From positions 512,001 through 576,000 of the IMG/VR virus record IMGVR_UViG_3300021431_000075: 64,000 nt of DNA, one strand, 5' to 3'. The position numbers and the translations under genes were made by a program. This document shows, piece after piece, positions 38,113-46,337 of this stretch (positions are counted from its first letter, which is position 1; each line of letters opens with the position of its first letter). The notes beneath the pieces were generated by a model that saw only the letters and a list, made by a program, of their open reading frames with translations, ran no database searches and was not told where the DNA came from. The DNA is from a virus. Taxonomy: Duplodnaviria > Caudoviricetes.

Positions 38113-39813
38113 TCATAACTCATTGACTGTCAGAGATTTTGCAGATTCGCCCTTTATGATTTTGCTGAATCCGTTCGTCTTTTCGACCTCAATCACATCA
38201 TCAAAGTAGTCCAAGTCAAGCGACGTGTGAGACACTATGATGATATTGATGTTGTTTTCTTCTGCGAATGCCTTCATGAAAGACATGACTTTGGATGAGT
38301 TCTCTTGGTCAAGACTTGATATGATTTCGTCCACGCTCAATATGTTGATGGTCGGGAACTTCATCTTAAGTAGATTGTACATGCTGCAAAGAACTACCAA
38401 GTCAACCCTTGTCGTTTCTCCGTCACTCAGTGAAGTCTCGCTCATTACGACGCCGCAATCTTTCAATGTGCTGTTGAATTCAGAATCGAACGACAACGTG
38501 TACGGAAAGCCGAGTAGTAGAAGGTTCTGCGAAATCTCTTCGTTCAATCTTGGAAGATAGTTGTCGATGACCATCTTTGTGACACCCTTGATTGAATAGA
38601 CAATCTGCAGTTTCTGTAAATATGATAGTCTCTTTGTCTTTTCATCTATTGAATTGCGGACTTCATCAAGCTGTTTGTTCGTATTGTCGATGATGTTCTT
38701 GACTGCCTGATATTCCGCGCTTGCTTTCAACTTTTCCTCAATCATCAGGTTCTCGTTGCTGATGTTGTTGATTTCAAGTCGAATCTGGTACATTCCGCTC
38801 TGGACTTTCTGTGCCGCCTCTGCAATCTTGTTGCTCTTTTCCCTTAATGATTCAAGTTCTGCAACCAGCAGTTCACGCTTCTTTTTTTTGTCTTCATAAA
38901 GTTCATTGAGCTTTGTCTTGAGCTTGTCGAAATCAGGACCGCTGAACAGGGAACTGCAAGTCGGGCAACGGTTCTTGTTGTACAAGTCTATCTTTGACAT
39001 GATGTTCCTGATGTTCATGTCATTCTCCGTTATTTCCCTGCTCTTATTCGACACTTCAGTGTTGTTCTCGTTCTGCTTTTCTATGACAGTTTTTGCAACA
39101 TCGTTATACTGGTTAAGACGATTGTTGAGCGCGTCAATCTTCTTCTTGTTCTCTTCAACCTTGCTCATCGAAGAATCGGAGTTCGTGTTCTTTTCCTGAA
39201 TCTTGACAAGTTCCGCATTCGCGTTGGTCAATGTCCTCGTCAATGAGAAAAGCAGGCTCTGGTCTCCGTTGATTGACTGCCCGAGGTCTCGGGCATCCTT
39301 CTTAATCTGGTCGAATATGATGTTGATGATTCTAACATCAAAGACTTCGTCAACAACACCTTTTCTTTCAGTCGGCGACATTGACAAGAACGACTTGAAC
39401 TTCTTCATAGATATGGCTATCATGTTCGTGAAAGTAGATAGCGGTATCTCGATGATTTCTGTTGATATGTAGTCCTCGCCTGCTGACGAGCCGAACAAGT
39501 CAACTTCATCTCCGTCCTTCCATATCCTTAGGTTGTTCGGAGTGAACTCGCGCTCTATTACAAACCTGTGTTGTCCTTTTATGATGGTTCCGCGAATCCA
39601 GCCGTGCTTGTTGATGCGGTTTGCTATTCCGGATTTTGTCACCTTTGTGAGCCTGCCGTACAGAACAAGAATCGGCAACGAGAGAATCGCGCTCTTTCCG
39701 GCTCCACTGACGCCCTTTAGAAGAATCAGTTTTCCTTCTGAAGAGTAGTTTATCTTTTGGACTTGTTCTCCGTATGAGAATATGTTTTTAAATTCAATGC
39801 TTTCGAACTTCAT
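38113..39813 (-). CDS. 46: Recombination ATPase gp46 (Rad50/SbcC-like)
   Basis: FKNIFSYG, GVSGAGKS, CPTC zinc hook, LSDGE, SVDEIISSLD, VSH. Confidence 0.93.
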   Translation of the reverse strand: MKFESIEFKNIFSYGEQVQKINYSSEGKLILLKGVSGAGKSAILSLPILVLYGRLTKVTKSGIANRINKHGWIRGTIIKGQHRFVIEREFTPNNLRIWKDGDEVDLFGSSAGEDYISTEIIEIPLSTFTNMIAISMKKFKSFLSMSPTERKGVVDEVFDVRIINIIFDQIKKDARDLGQSINGDQSLLFSLTRTLTNANAELVKIQEKNTNSDSSMSKVEENKKKIDALNNRLNQYNDVAKTVIEKQNENNTEVSNKSREITENDMNIRNIMSKIDLYNKNRCPTCSSLFSGPDFDKLKTKLNELYEDKKKKRELLVAELESLREKSNKIAEAAQKVQSGMYQIRLEINNISNENLMIEEKLKASAEYQAVKNIIDNTNKQLDEVRNSIDEKTKRLSYLQKLQIVYSIKGVTKMVIDNYLPRLNEEISQNLLLLGFPYTLSFDSEFNSTLKDCGVVMSETSLSDGETTRVDLVVLCSMYNLLKMKFPTINILSVDEIISSLDQENSSKVMSFMKAFAEENNINIIIVSHTSLDLDYFDDVIEVEKTNGFSKIIKGESAKSLTVNEL

Positions 39814-39829
39814 TATTCAGTTTCTTTAA

Positions 39830-40036
39830 TTAGACAAGCATCGAATTGCTATATATGCAAGTTTCGCCGCAATCTGGACACTTTGCTGTGCGCTGACCAT
39901 CAGGGCGTCTTTCAATAGAGTCAAGCTCGTTGATGTTTACTGTGAACTGGCAACCGCATTTCGGACACTTGAAGTAATAGTCGAACTTCTTATCTTCTGT
40001 CAAGAGTTGTTTCTTTCCGTGTTGTAGAATTTCCAT
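39830..40036 (-). CDS. Small Zn-ribbon protein (68 aa)
   Basis: CPKC...CPDC; start moved to ATG 40036 because the track start lies within the promoter. Confidence 0.7.
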   Translation of the reverse strand: MEILQHGKKQLLTEDKKFDYYFKCPKCGCQFTVNINELDSIERRPDGQRTAKCPDCGETCIYSNSMLV

Positions 40037-40063
40037 AATGTGAGAATCAATTTTATTTCTACA

Positions 40064-40092
40064 ATTATATAGAAGAAAAAGCAAAAAGTTTA
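40064..40092 (-). promoter_or_regulatory. Phage middle-type promoter TAAACT-N17-TATAAT
   Basis: Upstream of the Zn-ribbon gene and gp46. Confidence 0.7.
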
Positions 40093-40172
40093 AATATTTG
40101 TTGATTTTTTAAACCTGTTCCACATTGTTTTTGGCATCCAGACGATGTGATGTGACATTCGATCAACTAATT

Positions 40173-42086
40173 TTAATTGTCCAATCGTCCATATTCCATA
40201 TTCTCTATCATTTCGTCGCTGGTTATTGCCGATTCGATGACTTCCTTTATCTCTTTCTTCTCTGCACGAGTCAATTCAAGTTTATCAAAGATTTCATTAT
40301 CTGTATAAGCTTTGTCTGCAACGAATGGAATGAAATCCTTATATATATTTGTCCTTGCATTGACGCATGATAGTATAATGCCAACATATTTCATTATTGC
40401 AAGATGGCAGTTCTTCTTATAGTTCTCGATTTCTTCAACAGTATCCGCAACTATATAGCGCGGATTGATGTTTCTGTCTGTTAATTCAGAATTGTTCACT
40501 TCATATAACGGACTGAAGAACCAAGATTTTAAGCCATCAATCATCCGTTCAGAACGAATGCTGCATCTACTCTTGATATAGTTCTTTTGTGGAGCAGAAA
40601 GAAAATACGGATAAATCAATTTCGGTTTCTCGCCAGCGTCGCTAAGAATCGTCACTACTCCGAAACAGTCCCATAGTTTCTCCATAATCCTCTTGAATAT
40701 GTTCGGGTTTCCGAACTCGATGCAATGCCTTAACGAATATTCTTTTCGTAAGATGCCATGACAGCAGAAATCAAATGTCTCATATCTTTCGCCAAAATCC
40801 GCTGTGATAGACAAGAATGAAATGCATGCTTGTGTCTTTGTGAACTGATTCGTGTTCTCAAGACTTACATATCGGATATGTCCATCAAGCATTTTGTGAA
40901 TCTGATCTATATAATGATAAGATGTCTTTTCACCGATAACGACAGTTTTTATTGTTTCGTTGTCATAATCATCCATGACGCGTCTATGAATCACATATGT
41001 GTGAACCAATGACGAGTCTGTCAAAATTTTAGCAGTTCCTGTTTTCTTGACGTACTTCTGCAAGATGGTAGCCAAGACTTTATTGCCGAAATTTCCAGCA
41101 TTTGGAATATGCATGACAACATAGTCGTATCTTTCATCATTATGGTCCCAGAGTTCCTTGACATCTACGTTTGAATAATTAAGAAAACTCAATCTGTCTT
41201 TGACATTGTCTATCATGTCAGGTTTCATGCAATATATAGCAATCTTGCAAGTCTTTTCTATGTATATTTGCATCATATTGACAGCATCCGGGACAGATGA
41301 AGAAAATATGGCACATGAATCCGATTCTGTTATCCTGTCATCGAACAACAGTTTTCTATATGCAAATCTTTGCATACAGAACTCTTTCCTTGAATTTGAA
41401 TGGGCTTCGTCGTATTTCTTCTGTCTGTCTTTATCTGAATCATGTGCATTGTCTGTCATTTTCTTCAGATCGTTCATCACACGAGCAACATCCTTGTCTG
41501 CCTTTACCTTTTCATATAATTCATCAGTGTTCTCATTTTTGATTCCGTATATGAATTCATTTACGAGCATGATGATTATGTCGAACTCTTTCTTTGAATT
41601 GTGATAAGAGAGTTCTGTCGGACTGCCGCTCGTGTTGAACAAATCAACATCTTCCTGTGTTGCGGTTCCTTTTTCAACAAACTTCTTCAACTGCTGCCAT
41701 GTGTAATACGAACCATAGAACGGGTCTATGATTTTTGACACTGCCGGATGCAATTTTTCTCTGAAAATATCATCTATTTTCTGCGAATGATGTCCCGGTA
41801 TTATGATAATGTGCAAATTATAATAATAGTCGATCGCCTTTGATGATGATTTGGCACGCTTTGCTGTATCATCAATAATATGTTCATCGCGATTTTCTGT
41901 TTGAATGATTATGCGGTGCTGACCAAGTTTCCATGAAACATATTCGTTTTTGTTGAAACGCCGCTTGTTCTCACGGTCCGTAATGACATGATATAGTATA
42001 GTATACTGTGTAAGACCGGGTCTGAAAATGTAGTCAGGAAATGTTCTTGTTTCTGTGCAATCTGAAATATAACCAAAGTCGTTCAT
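40173..42086 (-). CDS. Degenerate adenine-methyltransferase-like (Eco57I/type IIG-like) protein (637 aa)
   Basis: YDYVVMHIPN where FDxVxxNPPY is expected; C-terminal IPFV..YTDNEIFDKLELTRAEKKEI resembles Eco57I-like MTase ends. Confidence 0.45.
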   Translation of the reverse strand: MNDFGYISDCTETRTFPDYIFRPGLTQYTILYHVITDRENKRRFNKNEYVSWKLGQHRIIIQTENRDEHIIDDTAKRAKSSSKAIDYYYNLHIIIIPGHHSQKIDDIFREKLHPAVSKIIDPFYGSYYTWQQLKKFVEKGTATQEDVDLFNTSGSPTELSYHNSKKEFDIIIMLVNEFIYGIKNENTDELYEKVKADKDVARVMNDLKKMTDNAHDSDKDRQKKYDEAHSNSRKEFCMQRFAYRKLLFDDRITESDSCAIFSSSVPDAVNMMQIYIEKTCKIAIYCMKPDMIDNVKDRLSFLNYSNVDVKELWDHNDERYDYVVMHIPNAGNFGNKVLATILQKYVKKTGTAKILTDSSLVHTYVIHRRVMDDYDNETIKTVVIGEKTSYHYIDQIHKMLDGHIRYVSLENTNQFTKTQACISFLSITADFGERYETFDFCCHGILRKEYSLRHCIEFGNPNIFKRIMEKLWDCFGVVTILSDAGEKPKLIYPYFLSAPQKNYIKSRCSIRSERMIDGLKSWFFSPLYEVNNSELTDRNINPRYIVADTVEEIENYKKNCHLAIMKYVGIILSCVNARTNIYKDFIPFVADKAYTDNEIFDKLELTRAEKKEIKEVIESAITSDEMIENMEYGRLDN

Positions 42087-42147
42087 CTGGAACTTGTTTT
42101 GTGCATAACTGTTAGATAATTTTTATTTTATAATATGTTGATGCTGC

Positions 42148-43284
42148 TTAATTAGCATCAAACTCTGCAAGCGCAGTCTTGTAGTATTCTGAACTGATCG
42201 ACTTCAGAATCCCTTTCGTTTCTTCATCGACATCAGAAAGTTCGTCAATCGACTTGTTAATCAAGTCTTCGATGCTCAACTTCTCATAATCTTCTTCGTC
42301 TGACAAGTTGATTTCACTCTTGGATGGAACAACTTCTATGATAACTTTCTTCGCATCCGGAATGTCTATGAGCTTGTATATGTCGGAACGCTTGTACTTC
42401 TTGTCTATGTCATCTTCTTCAACGATGATGTCAGTATAGTTGTTTGCAAGCATCTTGTGCTTTACGGAATCATCATAGTTGACAAGGCTGCTCAACTCGA
42501 TTTTCTGAAAGATTGGAGAGTACTTGTTCTCCGTGAAGTCCATGAACCCGGTCTCAAGATTCAGCGTGAATATGCCGCTTACGTTTCCGATGTCGCTTCT
42601 TGACATCTGATACGGGGAACCGATGTATGTTACTTTCGGAGTCTCCTGCATCTTGTGGATGTGACCGGAAATAATTTTTCCTTTGAACTTCTCTGCATCA
42701 ACCGCCCCGACGATGACCTTTCCGTTGTTGAACTTCATCTTCGATATGTCAGTATGCATGAACGCGTAGTCTGCTGTTCCGCTGAATTTGACAATCTGCT
42801 TGTTCTCTTCATTGCAGTCGCCAAGATAAGGAATCGCTGCTATGTTCTTGAAACATTTCTTTCCGTCCATGCACTTGACAAGAGTCGGTTCCCTGATAAG
42901 CGTCAGGTTCGATATGTTGTCAAGAGAACGCAGAGATGAGGTTCCCTTGTTTGTTTTCTTAGACAAGTCATGGTTGCCGTTGATTATATATACAGGTAGC
43001 ATTTTCGATAGAGTCTCGAAAGTCGAGATGCAGAGTTCGTTCGCGTCAATGTCAATCGACATCCTGTCATGGTACACGTCACCGAGACAGAACAGAACAC
43101 AATCCGGGTTCTCTTTAAGCTTGCTCTCGACAAGAGGAATGAACCACTTCTCGAAATAGTCGCTTATGTTGTTGAGCCATTCCTCGCTTGCAGAGTTCCA
43201 TCCGAAGTGAATGTCAGAAATCAGGATGATGTGCTTCGACTGTATCTTTATCGTGCTGTAGTCCTTTTCTTTATCTTGTGTCAT
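42148..43284 (-). CDS. 47: Recombination nuclease gp47 (Mre11/SbcD-like)
   Basis: SDIHFG, LGDVYH, GNHD, SGHIH, YIGSPYQ. Confidence 0.92.
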   Translation of the reverse strand: MTQDKEKDYSTIKIQSKHIILISDIHFGWNSASEEWLNNISDYFEKWFIPLVESKLKENPDCVLFCLGDVYHDRMSIDIDANELCISTFETLSKMLPVYIINGNHDLSKKTNKGTSSLRSLDNISNLTLIREPTLVKCMDGKKCFKNIAAIPYLGDCNEENKQIVKFSGTADYAFMHTDISKMKFNNGKVIVGAVDAEKFKGKIISGHIHKMQETPKVTYIGSPYQMSRSDIGNVSGIFTLNLETGFMDFTENKYSPIFQKIELSSLVNYDDSVKHKMLANNYTDIIVEEDDIDKKYKRSDIYKLIDIPDAKKVIIEVVPSKSEINLSDEEDYEKLSIEDLINKSIDELSDVDEETKGILKSISSEYYKTALAEFDAN

Positions 43285-43299
43285 TATTATTTCAACGAT

Positions 43300-44085
43300 T
43301 TATTTGTCAGCATCAATCATGCTCAAGTCCAGTTTTCCAATCGGCTCGTCAGGAAGGCTTCCCTTGAGAATCTTCGTATAGTATTTCTTTCCGAAAATGC
43401 CATAGTCAAGCATGAATCCGTAGCAGCCTTCATCCAGACGATAACCATTGTCAACAAGGTCGGCAATCGTTCTTGCCTTTCCGTTCTCGTCATTGACAAG
43501 AGAACTTGCATATAGAACAACCTTTCCGTATATCTTATCTCCGATTAGGTTGTCGTAAAGAAGATTCAAGACTTTCTTCATATCTTCAATGGACTTGAAA
43601 CTCCCACTAATCTTGACAGTTGTGAACTTGTTTATCGTATCATAATTGAAAACTCTGGACATATGCTCATAGTCAAGCCTTGACAGATGCTCGTCGTCGG
43701 TGTCCGGGATGTAACCGTATATTGTCAATGTCGGAATCTCCATTGATTCTGCAATGAAACCGCATATCGGATCCGGAGCAGTCCTAAGGCTTGTTGATGA
43801 AATCTTTATCGAAGTGTAGTTGATGTCGAATGCCGTATTGACGAACTCTGGTGCCGCAAACTTGTAATTCAGCAAGATTCCGTCCTGCGTTTTCTTGCAT
43901 CTGGTGATGCAGTTGCCGAAGAAATTGACCGGACTGTCATCAGACTTGAACCACTTGCTTGCGGTCAGCGGTTTCTTTTTTGTTTCTTTATCCGCATTAG
44001 AAGCCGCATTATCTGCAGATTCGTTTAAGACTTCTTCTTTAACTTCTGTCAGATTTTCAGTTTTGTCTATTTTCTTTTTTGTCAT
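43300..44085 (-). CDS. Hypothetical protein (261 aa), co-transcribed with gp47
   Basis: ORF downstream of the promoter at 44114-44142. Confidence 0.65.
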   Translation of the reverse strand: MTKKKIDKTENLTEVKEEVLNESADNAASNADKETKKKPLTASKWFKSDDSPVNFFGNCITRCKKTQDGILLNYKFAAPEFVNTAFDINYTSIKISSTSLRTAPDPICGFIAESMEIPTLTIYGYIPDTDDEHLSRLDYEHMSRVFNYDTINKFTTVKISGSFKSIEDMKKVLNLLYDNLIGDKIYGKVVLYASSLVNDENGKARTIADLVDNGYRLDEGCYGFMLDYGIFGKKYYTKILKGSLPDEPIGKLDLSMIDADK

Positions 44086-44113
44086 TTTCAGAGAGAAACT
44101 AAAAAATCAAATG

Positions 44114-44142
44114 AGTATACACAAAAAAACTTGTTTGGTTTA
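44114..44142 (-). promoter_or_regulatory. Phage middle-type promoter TAAACC-N17-TATACT
   Basis: 17-bp spacer; divergent from the late promoter at 44172-44179. Confidence 0.7.
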
Positions 44143-44213
44143 AAAAATAACAAAAATAATTAGTTTTTAATGATAAATATCTTATAATAATTAAAGTATC
44201 TTGAAAGTTTTCA

Positions 44214-44999
44214 ATGCCAAATGCAGTAACATTAAATGAAGTAGATGCTATACTTGACAGTGTTTATCCAAGCCAGATAAATCTTAAGTCGTTTGACAAG
44301 AAAGAAGATTTGAACAGAAAGATTTGGGGTTCAGATAACAAACTCAAGAAAGTCATCAGAAAGCATCTTGTAAACATAGCGAACGACTTTATCGACGATA
44401 TGGAGATGGGAATCAAGATTGATGATATCGTGCTTGTCGGTTCTCTTGCCGGCTATAACTGGAGCAAGTACTCTGATGTTGACTTGCACATCATGATTGA
44501 TTTCAGCAAACTTTCCGAGTATGGAAATCCGGACACTCTTAAGAAATTGTTCGACATGAAGAAAAATGACTGGAACCGCGTGCATGACGTTCTCATATAC
44601 GGTTATCCTGTCGAGATTTATGTACAGGAGAAGAATGAGGAAAATGCGTCAAACGGCATCTATTCCGTGAAGTATGACAAGTGGATTAAGATTCCTAACT
44701 CGGATGACTATGAACTGAACAAGGAACTCATCAAGACCCAGGCGTCGCAGTACATCAACATCATCGATAAAATCGAGGAACTGACTGACAGGCTTCTGAC
44801 CAAGAGACAGTGCATGATTCTCCGAGAAGAGGTTGTCAAGTTGAATGACGAAATCATTCAGGGAAGAAGAGACGCGATTGCAGAAGCCGGCGAGTATGCT
44901 CCGGGCAACATCGTGTTCAAGGTTTTGCGCAGAAGCGGACACATCGGAAAGTTGAAGGAAATCAAGGCTTACTTGTTCGACAAGATAAACACGATTTAA
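44214..44999 (+). CDS. Pol-beta superfamily nucleotidyltransferase
   Basis: LVGSLAGYNWSKYSDVDLH (hGS...DxD) with a third acidic residue in VEIYVQ; GATAAATA upstream. Confidence 0.8.
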   Translation: MPNAVTLNEVDAILDSVYPSQINLKSFDKKEDLNRKIWGSDNKLKKVIRKHLVNIANDFIDDMEMGIKIDDIVLVGSLAGYNWSKYSDVDLHIMIDFSKLSEYGNPDTLKKLFDMKKNDWNRVHDVLIYGYPVEIYVQEKNEENASNGIYSVKYDKWIKIPNSDDYELNKELIKTQASQYINIIDKIEELTDRLLTKRQCMILREEVVKLNDEIIQGRRDAIAEAGEYAPGNIVFKVLRRSGHIGKLKEIKAYLFDKINTI

Positions 45000-45035
45000 A
45001 TCAATAATAAGAAACAAATTCACAAATCTTTATAA

Positions 45036-46280
45036 ATGAGAAGATATAATAGCAATAGCACTATCAAAAACAGAATCATAAGGGATGTTATGAAAGAAGT
45101 CGGACCGCTTCTTGAGCATGACTGGACTTCATCTGAGGCTGCGATGATGGCGGACAGATACGGCGAGCTTCATCTTTCTTCCGATGCCAAGAGATGGAGA
45201 GACTTTGCAGACGAGCTTAAGGACAAGGAGCAGTCGCAGGACTATGATGACGTGATTGACGTGAAGAGCATGATGTCATTCTTCGACAACAAGAAGAGAT
45301 TCATTCTTGCGACATACATTCCGGCAAAGATGAACATTCTCATGTACTTCGGAAACAACAACAAGATTGCGATTGTCAGATTGACTCCGCAGGGAACGAA
45401 GGAAATATATTGGCAGGACATTATCCAGTCAATCGCGTCTCTGTACAAGAGAGAGCATGTCAAGAAGAACGGCAACTGTGCTTCTGTGAGCAAGTCTCTC
45501 AGGAACCACAGAAAGGAAGCAAAGGAACTATGTGCAGAAATCAAGAGAGTGTTCGGCTATGACCTCAGCTGGAGATTCTTCAGTGTGACAGGAAGCACTC
45601 GTGTTGTCAAGAACGTATTCATTGAAAAGGCATTCAACATCATCGAGATAAAGAATGACATTTTATCGGAAGAGAATAACTACACTTATATGCCGGTAGG
45701 AGAAGTTGATGCAGGAAACACGCTAAGATATTCGCGTGCCGTGTTTGACCGCGAGTTCTACATGTTCATCTTAAAAGATATGACAATCAACGAGAAGAAC
45801 TCTCAGTATTTTATCTATATCGGCAACATGACAACTGCTATCGTGTTCAGAATCAAAGCATATAGAAATAAATCGGATTTCTATCATTCGCTGCAGCCGG
45901 GTCCGGCAAATGAATACCTGAGGCATTTCAACCTTATCAGTTCAAGAAACAGGTTGAGCATCGCGACGAAGGAAACAAGCCACATTGACAATATCTATAA
46001 TTTCTTCAAGTCGAGACCTAAGGATGAGAGGGACGCATTCTTCGCATACTTGTCAAAGTGCATTTCTTCAAATGTGTCGTTCAAGGATGTTAGAGAGTAC
46101 TATAACATCGAGCACAATAACATCGTGAAGAAAAAGAAAGACGAACTCCATGAGCTCGACCTTGATGGAAAGGGTAATGTTATTGTCAGCACAGTAGATA
46201 ACACTCCTTCTGATGACATCAACGCAGATGACGATACAATCGTAGCAAGCGGCAACAATTCCGCAGAGGATTTCGTTTAG
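45036..46280 (+). CDS. Hypothetical protein with a capsid-targeting-like leader (414 aa)
   Basis: N-terminus IKNRIIRDVMKEVGPLLE resembles LYESIMRDVAKVVKRRLNE of the 49285 and 50849 genes. Confidence 0.65.
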   Translation: MRRYNSNSTIKNRIIRDVMKEVGPLLEHDWTSSEAAMMADRYGELHLSSDAKRWRDFADELKDKEQSQDYDDVIDVKSMMSFFDNKKRFILATYIPAKMNILMYFGNNNKIAIVRLTPQGTKEIYWQDIIQSIASLYKREHVKKNGNCASVSKSLRNHRKEAKELCAEIKRVFGYDLSWRFFSVTGSTRVVKNVFIEKAFNIIEIKNDILSEENNYTYMPVGEVDAGNTLRYSRAVFDREFYMFILKDMTINEKNSQYFIYIGNMTTAIVFRIKAYRNKSDFYHSLQPGPANEYLRHFNLISSRNRLSIATKETSHIDNIYNFFKSRPKDERDAFFAYLSKCISSNVSFKDVREYYNIEHNNIVKKKKDELHELDLDGKGNVIVSTVDNTPSDDINADDDTIVASGNNSAEDFV

Positions 46281-46300
46281 GAGATGAGTATTATATAAAG

Positions 46301-46334
46301 AAAAGAGCAATCCGAATTTCCGGGTTGCTCTTTT
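46301..46334. terminator. Bidirectional terminator between convergent genes
   Basis: AAAAGAGCAA...TTGCTCTTTT. Confidence 0.75.
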
Positions 46335-46337
46335 TCG

